DNA of 64,000 nucleotides from Azolla caroliniana (lineage: Eukaryota; Plantae; Polypodiophyta): the NCBI GenBank assembly GCA_043228905.1, contig JBHGNT010000096.1, positions 1 through 64,000 of the forward strand. Direction: 5' to 3'. This document shows positions 15,701 to 30,030 of this stretch, in pieces. Both the position numbers and the translations under genes were made by a program. The notes below the pieces were generated by a model. The model was not told the DNA's origin. It saw only the letters and a list, made by a program, of their open reading frames with translations, and searched no databases. The stretch's first letter is position 1, and each line of letters begins with the position of its first letter.

Positions 15701-18700
15701 CTAGCTATGATATGGAGTAAAAAAATCAAGATTTTGAAACTCAGGTCTAGAGACATGACGAAATTAGCAAACTTGAGGAGGGAGTTGAGAGGAGCCCTTG
15801 AGTAAATAAAAATGTTCATACCTGGATCGTGTGATATCGGATTTTTGTGTTCAAACATGCGAATCGAAGCTAACAACGGTAGCTATGATATGGAATTAAA
15901 AAATCAAGATTTTGAAACTCAGGTCGAGAGACATGACGAAATTACCAAATTTGAGGAGTGAGTTGAGAGGAGCCCTTGAGTAAATGAAAATATTCATACC
16001 TGGGTCGTGTAATATTGGATTTTTGTGTTCAAAGATGCGAATCGAAGCTAACAACGCTAGCTATGATATGGAATTAAAAAATCAAGATTTTGAAACTCAG
16101 GTCGAGAGACATGATGAAATTACCAAATTTGAGGAGTGAGTTGAGAAGAGCTACGAGGTAAATTAAAATGTTCATACCTGGCTCGTGTGATATCGGATTT
16201 TTGTGTTCAAACATGCGAATCGAAGCTAACAACGCTAGCTATGATATGGAATTAAAAAATCAAGATTTTGAAACTCAGGTCAAGAGACATGACGAAATTA
16301 CCAAATTTGAGAAGTGAGTTGAGAGGAGCCCTTGAGTAAATGAAAATGTTCATACCTGGCTCGTGTAATATCGGATTTTTGTGTTCAAAGATGCGAATCG
16401 AAGCTAACAACGCTAGCTATGATATGGAATTAAAAAATCAAGATTTTGAAACTCAGGTCGAGAGACATGATGAAATTACCAAATTTGAGGAGTGAGTTAA
16501 GAAGAGCTACGAGGTAAATTAAAATGTTCATACCTGGCTCGTGTGATATCCGATTTTTGTGTTCAAACATGCGAATCGAAGCTAACAACGCTAGCTATGA
16601 TATGGAATTAAAAAATCAAGATTTTTGAATCTCAGGTCGAGAGAAATAACGAAATTACCAAATTTGAGAAGTGAGTTGAGAGGAGCCCTTGAGTAAATTA
16701 AAATGTTCATACCTGGCTCGTCTGATATCGGAGTTTTGTGTTCAAACATGCGAATCGAAGCTAACAACGCTAGCTATGATATGGAATTAAAAAATCAAGA
16801 TTTTGAAACTCCGGTCGAGAGACATGACGAAATTACAAAATTTGAGTAGTGAGTTTAGAGGAGCCCTTGAGTAAATGAAAATGTTCATACCTGGCTCGTG
16901 TGATATCGGATGTTTGTGTTCAAACATGCGAATCGAAGCTAACAATGCTAGCTATGATATGGAATTAAAAAATCAAGATTTTGAAACTCAGGTCGAGAGA
17001 CATGAAGAAATTACCAAATTTGAATAGTCAGTTGAGAGGATCCCTTGAGTAAATGAAAATGTTCATACCTAGCTCGTGTAATATCGGATTTTTGTGTTCA
17101 AACATACGTATCGAAGCTAATAACGCTAGCTATGATATGGAGTAAAAAAATCAAGATTTTGAAACTCAGGTCGAGAGACATGACGAAATTAGCAAGCATG
17201 AGGAGGGAGTTGAGAGGAGCCCTTGAGTAAATTAAAATGTTCATACCTGGCTTGTGTGATATCGGATTTTTGTGTTCAAACATGCGAATCGAAGCTAACA
17301 ACGCTAGCTACGATATGGAATTAAAAAATCAAGGTTTTGAAACGCAGGTCGAGAGACATAAAGAAATTACCAAATTTGAGTAGTGAGTTTAGAGGAGCCC
17401 TTGAGTAAATGAAAATGTTCATACCTGGCTCGTGTGATATCGGATGTTTGTGTTCAAACATGCGAATCGAAGCTAACAAAGCTAGCTATGATATGGAATT
17501 AAAAAATCAAGATTTTGAAACTCAGGTCGAGAGACATGAAGAAATTACCAAATTTGAATAGTCAGTTGAGAGGAGCCCTTGAGTAAATGAAAATGTTCAT
17601 ACCTAGCTCGTGTAATATCGGATTTTTGTGTTCAAACATACGTATCGAAGCTAATAACGCTAGCTATGATATGGAGTAAAAAAATCAAGATTTTGAAACT
17701 CAGGTCGAGAGACATGACAAAATTAGCAAGCATGAGGAGGGAGTTGAGAGGAGCCCTTGAGTAAATTAAAATGTTCATACCTGGCTTGTGTGATATCGGA
17801 TTTTTGTGTTCAAACATGCGAATCGAAGCTAACAACGCTAGCTACGATATGGAATTAAAAAATCAAGGTTTTGAAACGCAGGTCGAGAGACATAAAGAAA
17901 TTAGCAGGTTTAGAGGAGCCCTTGAGTAAATGAAAATGTTCATACCTGGCTCGTGTAATATCAGATTTTTGTGTTCAAACATGCGAATCGAAGCTAACAA
18001 CGCTAGCTATGATATGGAGTTAAAAAATCAAGATTTTGAAACTCAGGTCGAGAGACATGACGAAATTAGCAAACATGAGGAGGGAGTTGAGAGGAGCCCT
18101 TGAGTAAATTAAAATGTTCATACCTGGCTCGTGTGATATCGGATTTTTGTGTTCAAACATGCGAATCGAAGCTAACAACGCTAGCTATGATATGGAATTA
18201 AAAAATCAAGATTTTTGAAACTTAGGTTGAGAGAAATGACGAAATTACCAAATTTGAATAGTGAGTTGAGAGGAGCCCTTGAGTAAATGAAAATGTTCAT
18301 ATCTGGCTAGTGTAATATCGGATTTTTGTGTTCAAACATGCGAATCGAAGCTAAGAACGCTAGCTATGATATGGAATTAAAAAATGAAGATTTTGAAACT
18401 CAGGTCGAGAGACATTACGAAATTACCAAATTTGAGGAGTGAGTGGAGAAGAGCCTGGAGTGAATTAAAATGTTAAGACCTGGCTCGTGTGATATCGGAT
18501 TTTTGTGTTCAAACATGCGAATCGAAGCTAACAACGCTAGCTATGATATGGAATTAAAAAATCAAGATTTTGAAACTCCGGTCGAGAGACATGAAGAAAT
18601 TACCAAATTTGAGAAGTGAGTTTAGAGGAGCCCTTGAGTAAATGAAAATGTTCATATCTAGCTCGTGTAATATCGGATTTTTGTGTTCAAACATACGTAG

Positions 18701-21700
18701 CGAAGCTAATAACGCTAGCTATGATATGGAGTAAAAAAATCAAGATTTTGAAACTCAGGTCTAGAGACATGACGAAATTACCAAATTTGAGGAGTGAGTT
18801 TAAAGGAGCCCTTGAGTAATTGAAAATGTTCATACCTGGCTCGTGTAATATCAGATTTTTGTGTTCAAACATGCGAATCGAAGCTAACAACGGTAGCTAT
18901 GATATGGAGTTAAAAAATCAAGATTTTGAAACTCAGGTCGAGAGACATGACAAAATTAGCAAACATGAGGAGGGAGTTGAGAGGAGCCCTTGAGTAAATT
19001 AAAATGTTCATACCTGGCTCGTGTGATATCGGATTTTTGTGTTCAAACATGCGAATCGAACCTAACAACGCTAGCTATGATATGGAATTAAAAAATCAAG
19101 ATTTTTGAAACTTAGGTTGAGAGAAATGACGAAATTACCAAATTTGAATAGTGAGTTGAGAGGAGCCCTTGAGTAAATGAAAATGTTCATACCTGGCTAG
19201 TGTAATATCGGATGTTTGTGTTCAAACATGCGAATCGAAGCTAACAACGCTAGCTATGATATGGAATTAAAAAATGAAGATTTTGAAACTCAGGTCGAGA
19301 GACATGACGAAATTACCAAATTTGAGGAGTGAGTGGAGAAGAGCCCTGGAGTGAATTAAAATGTTCAGACCTGGCTCGTGTGATATCCGATTTTTGTGTT
19401 CAAACATGCGAATCGAAGCTAACAACGGTAGCTATGATATGGAATTAAAAAATAAAGATTTTGAAACTCAGGTCGAGAGACATGACGAAATTACTAAATT
19501 TGAGGAGTGAGTTGAGAAGAGCTACGAGGTAAATTAAAATGTTCATACCTGGCTCGTGTGATATCGGATTTTTGTGTTCAAACATGCGAATCGAAGCTAA
19601 CAACGCTAGCTATGATATGGAATTAAAAAATCAAGATTTTTGAATCTCAGGTCGAGAGAAATAACGAAATTACCAAATTTGAGAAGTGAGTTGAGAGGAG
19701 CCCTTGAGTAAATGAAAATGTTCATACCTGGCTCGTCTGATATCGGAGTTTTGTGTTCAAACATGCGAATCGAAGCTAACAACGCTAGGTATGATATGGA
19801 ATTAAAAAATCAAGATATTGAAACTCCGGTCGAGAGACATGACGAAATTACAAAATTTAAGTAGTGAGTTTAGAGGAGCCCTTGAGTAAATGAAAATGTT
19901 CATACCTGGCTCGTGTGATATCGGATGTTTGTGTTCAAACATGCGAATCGAAGCTAACAATGCTAGCTATGATATGGAGTTAAAAAATCAAGATTTTGAA
20001 ACTCAGGTCGAGAGACATGAAGAAATTACCAAATTTGAGGAGTGAGTTGAGAGGAGCCCTTGAGTAAATGAGAATGTTCATACCTAGCTCGTGTAATATC
20101 GGATTTTTGTGTTCAAACATACGTATCGAAGCTAATAACGCTAGCTATTATATGGAATTAAAAAATCAAGATTTTGAAACTCAGGTCGACAGACATGATG
20201 AAATTACCAAATTTGAGGAGTGAGTTGAGAAGAGCTACGAGGTAAATTAAAATGTTCATACCTGGCTCGTGTGATATCGGATTTTTGTGTTCAAACATGC
20301 GAATCGAAGCTAACAACGCTAGCTATGATATGGAATTAAAAAATCAAGATTTTTGAATCTTAGGTCGAGAGAAATAACGAAATTACCAAATTTGAGAAGT
20401 GAGTTGAGAGGAGCCCTTGAGTAAATTAAAATGTTCATACCTGGCTCGTCTGATATCGGAGTTTTGTGTTCAAACATGCGAATCGAAGCTAACAACGCTA
20501 GCTATGATATGGAATTAAAAAATCAAGATATTGAAACTCCGGTCGAGAGACATGACGAAATTACAAAATTTGAGTAGTGAGTTTAGAGGAGCCCTTGAGT
20601 AAATGAAAATGTTCATACCTGGCTCGTGTGATATCGGATGTTTGTGTTCAAACATGCGAATCGAAGCTAACAATGCTAGCTATGATATGGAGTTAAAAAA
20701 TCAAGATTTTGAAACTCAGGTCGAGAGACATGAAGAAATTACCAAATTTGAATAGTCAGTTGAGAGGAGCCCTTGAGTAAATGAAAATGTTCATACCTAG
20801 CTCGTGTAATATCGGATTTTTGTGTTCAAACATACGTATCGAAGCTAATAACGCTAGCTATGATATGGAGTAAAAAAATCAAGATTTTGAAACTCAGGTC
20901 TAGAGACATGACGAAATTAGCAAACTTGAGGAGGGAGTTGAGAGGAGCCCATGAGTAAATAAAAATGTTCATACCTGGATCGTGTGATATCGGATTTTTG
21001 TGTTCAAACATGCGAATCGAAGTTAACAACGGTAGCTATGATATGGAGTTAAAAAATCAAGATTTTGAAACTCAGGTCGAGAGACATGACAAAATTAGCA
21101 AACATGAGGAGGGAGTTGAGAGGAGCCCTTGAGTAAATTAAAATGTTCATACCTGGCTCGTGTGATATCGGATTTTTGTGTTCAAACATGCGAATCGAAG
21201 CTAACAACGCTAGCTATGATATGGAATTATAAAATCAAGATTTTGAAACTGAGGTCGAGAGACATGACGAAATTACCAAATTTGAGGAGTGAGTTGAGAG
21301 GAGCCCTTGAGTAAATGAAAATGTTCATACCTGGCTCGTGTAATATCGGATATTTGTGTTCAAACATGCGAATCGAAGCTAACAACGCTAGCTATGATAT
21401 GGAGTTAAAAAATCAAGATTTTGTAACTCAGGTCTAGAGACATGACGAAATTAGCAAACATGAGGAGGGAGTTGAGAGGAGCCCTTGAGTAAATAAAAAT
21501 GTTCATACCTGGATCGTGTGATATCGGATTTTTGTGTTCAAACATGCGAATCGAAGCTAACAACGCTAGCTCTGATATGGAATTAAAAAATGAAGATTTT
21601 GAAACTCAGGTCGAGAGACATGACGAAATTACCAAATTTGAGGAGTGAGTTGAGAGGAGCCCTTGAGTAACTGAAAATGTTCATACCTGGCTCGTGTGAT

Positions 21701-22273
21701 ATCGGATGTTTGTGTTCAAACATGCGAATCGAAGCTAACAACGGTAGCTATGATATGGAATTAAAAAATCAAGATTTTGAAACTCCGGTCGAGAGACATG
21801 ACGAAATTAGCAAACTTGAGGAGGGAGTTGAGAGGAGCCCTTGACTAAATGAAAATGTTCATACCTGGCTCGTGTGATATCGGATTTTTGTGTTCAAACA
21901 TGCGAATCGAAGCTAACAACGCTAGCTATGATATGGAATTAAAAAATGAAAATTTTGAAACTCAGGTCGAGAGACATGACGAAATTACCAAATTTGAGAA
22001 GTGAGTGGAGAAGAGCCCTGGAGTGAATTAAAATGTTCAGACCTGGCTCGTGTGATATCGGATTTTTGTGTTCAAACATGCGAATCGAAGCTAACAACGC
22101 TAGCTACGATATGGAATTAAAAAATCAAGGTTTTGAAACGCAGGTCGAGAGACATAAAGAAATTACCAAATTTGAATAGTGAGTTGAGAGGAGCCCTTGA
22201 GTAAATGAAAATGTTCATATCTGGCTAGTGTAATATCGGATTTTTGTGTTCAAACATGCGAATCGAAGCTAAG

Positions 22274-25200
22274 AACGCTAGCTATGATATGGAATTAAAA
22301 AATCAAGATTTTTGAAACTTAGGTTGAGAGAAATGACGAAATTACCAAATTTGAATAGTGAGTTGAGAGGAGCCCTTGAGTAAATGAAAATGTTCATACC
22401 TGGCTAGTGTAATATCGGATTTTTGTGTTCAAACATGCGAATTGAAGCTAACAACGCTAGCTATGATATGGAATTAAAAAATGAAAATTTTGAAACTCAG
22501 GTCGAGAGACATGACGAAATTACCAAATTTGAGAAGTGAGTGGAGAAGAGCCCTGGAGTGAATTAAAATGTTCAGACCTGGCTCGTGTGCTATCGGATTT
22601 TTGTGTTCAAACATGCGAATCGAAGCTAACAACGCTAGCTATGATATGGAATTAAAAAATCAAGATTTTGAAACTCAGGTCGAGAGACATGACGAAATTA
22701 CTAAATTTGAGGAGTGAGTTGAGAAGAGCCCTAGAGTGAATTAAAATGTTCATACCTGGCTCGTGTGATATCGGATTTTTGTGTTCAAACATGCGAATCG
22801 AAGCTAACAATGCTAGCTCTGATATGGAATTAAAAAATCAAGATTTTCAAACTCAGGTCGAGAGACATGACGAAATTAGCAAACATGAGGAGGGAGTTGA
22901 GAGGAGCCCTTGAGTAAATGAAAATGTTCATACCTGGCTCGTGTGATATCGGATTTTTGTGTTCAAATATGCGAATCGAAGCTAACAACGCTAGCTATGA
23001 TATGGAGTTAAAAAATCAAGATTTTGAAACTCCGGTCGAGAGACATGACGAAATTACAAAATTTGAGTAGTGAGTTTAGAGGAGCCCTTGAGTAAATGAA
23101 AATGTTCATACCTGGCTCGTGTGATATCGGATGTTTGCGTTCAAACATGCGAATCGAAGCTAACAATGCTAGCTATGATATGGAATTAAAAAATCAAGAT
23201 TTTGAAACTCAGGTCGAGAGACATGAAGAAATTACCAAATTTGAATAGTCAGTTGAGAGGAGCCCTTGAGTAAATGAAAATGTTCATACCTAGCTCGTGT
23301 AATATCGGATTTTTGTGTTCAAACATACGTATCGAAGCTAATAACGCTAGCTATGATATGGAGTAAAAAAATCAAGATTTTGAAACTCAGGTCGAGAGAC
23401 ATGACAAAATTAGCAAGCATGAGGAGGGAGTTGAGAGGAGCCCTTGAGTAAATTAAAATGTTCATACCTGGCTTGTGTGATATCGGATTTTTGTGTTCAA
23501 ACATGCGAATCGAAGCTAACAACGCTAGCTACGATATGGAATTAAAAAATCAAGGTTTTGAAACGCAGGTCGAGAGACATAAAGAAATTACCAAATTTGA
23601 GGAGTGAGTTTAGAGGAGCCCTTGAGTAAATGAAAATGTTCATACCTGGCTAGTGTAATATCGGATTTTTGTGTTCAAACATGCGAATCGAAGCTAATAA
23701 CGCTAGCTATGATATGGAGTAAAAAAATCAAGATTTTGAAACTCAGGTCTAGAGACATGACGAAATTAGCAAACTTGAGGAGGGAGTTGAGAGGAGCCCT
23801 TGAGTAAATAAAAATGTTCATACCTGGATCGTATGATATGGAGTAAAAAAATCAAGATTTTGAAACTCAGGTCTAGAGACATGACGAAATTAACAAACTT
23901 GAGGAGGGAGTTGAGAGGAGCCCATGAGTAAATAGAAATGTTCATACCTGGATCGTGTGATATCGGATTTTTGTGTTCAAACATGCGTATCGAAGCTAAC
24001 AACGCTAGCTATGATATGGAATTAAAAAATCAAGATTTTGAAACTCAGGTCAAGAGACATGACGAAATTACCAAATTTGAGAAGTGAGTTGAGAGGAGCC
24101 CTTGAGTAAATGAAAATGTTCATACCTGGCTCGTGTAATATTGGATTTTTGTGTTCAAAGATGCGAATCGAAGCTAACAACGCTAGCTATGATATGGAAT
24201 TAAAAAATCAAGATTTTGAAACTCAGGTCGAGAGACATGATGAAATTACCAAATTTGAGGAGTGAGTTGAGAAGAGCTACGAGGTAAATTAAAATGTTCA
24301 TACCTGGCTCGTGTGATATCGGATTTTTGTGTTCAAACATGCGAATCGAAGCTAACAACGCTAGCTATGATATGGAATTAAAAAATCAAGATTTTTGAAA
24401 CTTAGGTTGAGAGAAATGACGAAATTACCAAATTTGAATAGTGAGTTGAGAGGAGCCCTTGAGTAAATGAAAATGTTCATACCTGGCTAGTGTAATATCG
24501 GATTTTTGTGTTCAAACATGCGAATTGAAGCTAACAACGCTAGCTATGATATCGAATTAAAAAATGAAAATTTTGAAACTCAGGTCGAGAGACATGACGA
24601 AATTACCAAATTTGAGAAGTGAGTGGAGAAGAGCCCTGGAGTGAATTAAAATGTTCAGACCTGGCTCGTGTGATATCGGATTTTTGTGTTCAAACATGCG
24701 AATCGAAGCTAACAACGCTAGCTATGATATGGAATTAAAAAATCAAGATTTTGAAACTCAGGTCGAGAGACATGACGAAATTACTAAATTTGAGGAGTGA
24801 GTTGAGAAGAGCCCTAGAGTGAATTAAAATGTTCATACCTGGCTCGTGTGATATCGGATTTTTGTGTTCAAACATGCGAATCGAAGCTAACAATGCTAGC
24901 TATGATATGGAGTTAAAAAATGAAGATTTTGAAACTCAGGGTGAGAGACATGAAGAAAGTACCAAATTTGAGGAGTGAGTTGAGAAGAGCCCTAGAGTGA
25001 ATTAAAATGTTCATACCTGGCTCGTGTGATATCGGATTTTTGTGTTCAAACATGCGAATCGAAGCTAACAATGCTAGCTATGATATGGAGTTAAAAAATG
25101 AAGATTTTGAAACTCAGGGTGAGAGACATGAAGAAAGTACCAAATTTGAGGAGTGAGTTGAGAGGAGCCCTTGAGTAAATGAGAATGTTCATACCTAGCT

Positions 25201-28200
25201 CGTGTAATATCGGATTTTTGTGTTCAAACATACGTATCGAAGCTAATAACGCTAGCTATGATATGGAGTAAAAAAATCAAGAGTTTGAAACTCAGGTCTA
25301 GAGACATGACGAAATTAGCAAACTTGAGGAGGGAGTTGAGAGGAGCCCTTCAGTAAATGAAAATGTTCATACCTGGCTCGTGTAATATCGGATTTTTGTG
25401 TTCAAACATGCGAATCGAAGCTAACAACGCTAGCTATGATATGTAGTTAAAAAATGAAGATTTTGAAACTCAGGTCGAGAGACATGAAAAATTACCAAAT
25501 TTGAGGAGTGAGTTGAGAGGAGCCCTTGAGTAAATGAAAATGTTCATACCTGGCTCGTGTAATATCGGATTTTTGTGTTTAAACATGCGAATCGAAGCAA
25601 ACAACGCTAGCTATGATATGGGGTTAAAAAATCAAAATTTTGAAACTCAGGTCGAGAGACATGACGAAATTAGCAAACATGAGAAGGGAGTTGAGAGGAG
25701 CCCTTAACTAAATGAAAATGTTCATACCTGGCTCGTGTGATATCGGATTTTTGTGTTCAAACATGCGAATCGAAGCTAACAACGCTAGCTATGATATGGA
25801 GTTAAAAAATGAAGATTTTGAAACTCAGGTCGAGAGACATGAAGAAATTACCAAATTTGAATAGTCAGTTGAGAGGAGCCCTTGAGTAAATGAAAATGTT
25901 CATACCTAGCTCGTCTAATATCGGATTTTTGTGTTCAAACATACGTATCGAAGCTAATAACGCTAGCTATGATATGGAGTAAAAAAATCAAGATTTTGAA
26001 ACTCAGGTCTAGAGACATGACGAAATTAGCAAACTTGAGGAGGGAGTTGAGAGGAGCCCTTGAGTAAATGAAAATGTTCATACCTGGCTCGTGTAATATC
26101 GGATTTTTGTGTTCAAACATGCGAATCGAAGCTAACAACGCTAGCTATGATATGGAGTTAAAAAATGAAGATTTTGAAACTCAGGTCGAGAGACATGAAG
26201 AAATTACCAAATTTGAGGAGTGAGTTGAGAGGAGCCCTTGAGTAAATGAAAATGTTCATACCTGGCTCGTGTAATATCGGATATTTGTGTTCAAACATGC
26301 GAATCGAAGCTAACAACGCTAGCTATGATATGGAGTTAAAAAATCAAGATTTTGTAACTCAGGTCTAGAGACATGACGAAATTAGCAAACATGAGGAGGG
26401 AGTTGAGAGGAGCCCTTGAGTAAATAAAAATGTTCATACCTGGATCGTGTGATATCGGATTTTTGTGTTCAAACATGCGAATCGAAGCTAACAACGCTAG
26501 CTCTGATATGGAATTAAAAAATGAAGATTTTGAAACTCAGGTCGAGAGACATGACGAAATTACCAAATTTGAGGAGTGAGTTGAGAGGAGCCCTTGAGTA
26601 ACTGAAAATGTTCATACCTGGCTCGTGTGATATCGGATGTTTGTGTTCAAACATGCGAATTGAAGCTAACAACGGTAGCTATGATATGGAATTAAAAAAT
26701 CAAGATTTTGAAACTCCGGTCGAGAGACATGACGAAATTAGCAAACTTGAGGAGGGAGTTGAGAGGAGCCCTTGACTAAATGAAAATGTTCATACCTGGC
26801 TCGTGTGATATCGGATTTTTGTGTTCAAACATGCGAATCGAAGCTAACAACGCTAGCTATGATATGGAATTAAAAAATGAAAATTTTGAAACTCAGGTCG
26901 AGAGACATGACGAAATTACCAAATTTGAGAAGTGAGTGGAGAAGAGCCCTGGAGTGAATTAAAATGTTCAGACCTGGCTCGTGTGATATCGGATTTTTGT
27001 GTTCAAACATGCGAATCGAAGCTAACAACGCTAGCTACGATATGGAATTAAAAAATCAAGGTTTTGAAACGCAGGTCGAGAGACATAAAGAAATTACCAA
27101 ATTTGAATAGTGAGTTGAGAGGAGCCCTTGAGTAAATGAAAATGTTCATATCTGGCTAGTGTAATATCGGATTTTTGTGTTCAAACATGCGAATCGAAGC
27201 TAAGAACGCTAGCTATGATATGGAATTAAAAAATGAAGATTTTGAAACTCAGGTCGAGAGACATTACGAAATTACCAAATTTGAGGAGTGAGTGGAGAAG
27301 AGCCTGGAGTGAATTAAAATGTTAAGACCTGGCTCGTGTGATATCGGATTTTTGTGTTCAAACATGCGAATCGAAGCTAACAACGCTAGCTATGATATGG
27401 AATTAAAAAATCAAGATTTTGAAACTCCGGTCGAGAGACATGAAGAAATTACCAAATTTGAGAAGTGAGTTTAGAGGAGCCCTTGAGTAAATGAAAATGT
27501 TCATATCTAGCTCGTGTAATATCGGATTTTTGTGTTCAAACATACGTAGCGAAGCTAATAACGCTAGCTATGATATGGAGTAAAAAAATCAAGATTTTGA
27601 AACTCAGGTCTAGAGACATGACGAAATTAGCAAACTTGAGGAGGGAGTTGAGAGGAGCCCATGAGTAAATAAAAATGTTCATACCTGGATCGTGTGATAT
27701 CGGATTTTTGTGTTCAAACATGCGAATCGAAGTTAACAACGGTAGCTATGATATGGAGTTAAAAAATCAAGATTTTGAAACTCAGGTCGAGAGACATGAC
27801 AAAATTAGCAAACATGAGGAGGGAGTTGAGAGGAGCCCTTGAGTAAATTAAAATGTTCATACCTGGCTCGTGTGATATCGGATTTTTGTGTTCAAACATG
27901 CGAATCGAAGCTAACAACGCTAGCTATGATATGGAATTAAAAAATCAAGATTTTTGAAACTTAGGTTGAGAGAAATGACGAAATTACCAAATTTGAATAG
28001 TGAGTTGAGAGGAGCCCTTGAGTAAATGAAAATGTTCATACCTGGCTAGTGTAATATCGGATTTTTGTGTTCAAACATGCGAATTGAAGCTAACAACGCT
28101 AGCTATGATATGGAATTAAAAAATGAAAATTTTGAAACTCAGGTCGAGAGACATGACGAAATTACCAAATTTGAGAAGTGAGTGGAGAAGAGCCCTGGAG

Positions 28201-30030
28201 TGAATTAAAATGTTCAGACCTGGCTCGTGTGCTATCGGATTTTTGTGTTCAAACATGCGAATCGAAGCTAACAACGCTAGCTATGATATGGAATTAAAAA
28301 ATCAAGATTTTGAAACTCAGGTCGAGAGACATGACGAAATTACTAAATTTGAGGAGTGAGTTGAGAAGAGCCCTAGAGTGAATTAAAATGTTCATACCTG
28401 GCTCGTGTGATATCGGATTTTTGTGTTCAAACATGCGAATCGAAGCTAACAATGCTAGCTCTGATATGGAATTAAAAAATCAAGATTTTCAAACTCAGGT
28501 CGAGAGACATGACGAAATTAGCAAACATGAGGAGGGAGTTGAGAGGAGCCCTTGAGTAAATGAAAATGTTCATACCTGGCTCGTGTGATATCGGATTTTT
28601 GTGTTCAAATATGCGAATCGAAGCTAACAACGCTAGCTATGATATGGAGTTAAAAAATCAAGATTTTGAAACTCCGGTCGAGAGACATGACGAAATTACA
28701 AAATTTGAGTAGTGAGTTTAGAGGAGCCCTTGAGTAAATGAAAATGTTCATACCTGGCTCGTGTGATATCGGATGTTTGCGTTCAAACATGCGAATCGAA
28801 GCTAACAATGCTAGCTATGATATGGAATTAAAAAATCAAGATTTTGAAACTCAGGTCGAGAGACATGAAGAAATTACCAAATTTGAATAGTCAGTTGAGA
28901 GGAGCCCTTGAGTAAATGAAAATGTTCATACCTAGCTCGTGTAATATCGGATTTTTGTGTTCAAACATACGTATCGAAGCTAATAACGCTAGCTATGATA
29001 TGGAGTAAAAAAATCAAGATTTTGAAACTCAGGTCGAGAGACATGACAAAATTAGCAAGCATGAGGAGGGAGTTGAGAGGAGCCCTTGAGTAAATTAAAA
29101 TGTTCATACCTGGCTTGTGTGATATCGGATTTTTGTGTTCAAACATGCGAATCGAAGCTAACAACGCTAGCTACGATATGGAATTAAAAAATCAAGGTTT
29201 TGAAACGCAGGTCGAGAGACATAAAGAAATTACCAAATTTGAGGAGTGAGTTTAGAGGAGCCCTTGAGTAAATGAAAATGTTCATACCTGGCTAGTGTAA
29301 TATCGGATTTTTGTGTTCAAACATGCGAATCGAAGCTAATAACGCTAGCTATGATATGGAGTAAAAAAATCAAGATTTTGAAACTCAGGTCTAGAGACAT
29401 GACGAAATTAGCAAACTTGAGGAGGGAGTTGAGAGGAGCCCTTGAGTAAATAAAAATGTTCATACCTGGATCGTATGATATGGAGTAAAAAAATCAAGAT
29501 TTTGAAACTCAGGTCTAGAGACATGACGAAATTAACAAACTTGAGGAGGGAGTTGAGAGGAGCCCATGAGTAAATAGAAATGTTCATACCTGGATCGTGT
29601 GATATCGGATTTTTGTGTTCAAACATGCGTATCGAAGCTAACAACGCTAGCTATGATATGGAATTAAAAAATCAAGATTTTGAAACTCAGGTCAAGAGAC
29701 ATGACGAAATTACCAAATTTGAGAAGTGAGTTGAGAGGAGCCCTTGAGTAAATGAAAATGTTCATACCTGGCTCGTGTAATATTGGATTTTTGTGTTCAA
29801 AGATGCGAATCGAAGCTAACAACGCTAGCTATGATATGGAATTAAAAAATCAAGATTTTGAAACTCAGGTCGAGAGACATGATGAAATTACCAAATTTGA
29901 GGAGTGAGTTGAGAAGAGCTACGAGGTAAATTAAAATGTTCATACCTGGCTCGTGTGATATCGGATTTTTGTGTTCAAACATGCGAATCGAAGCTAACAA
30001 CGCTAGCTATGATATGGAATTAAAAAATCA
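22274..30030 (+). repeat. Non-adjacent ~2.1-kb satellite block duplication at +5642 (about 22274-24388 and 27916-30030) including a truncated monomer
   Basis: ORF-track pairs 23319/28961 and 23766/29408. Shared 54-bp deletion junction CCTGGATCGT/ATGATATGG at 23832 and 29474; 5642 = 32x178 - 54. Confidence 0.85.
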
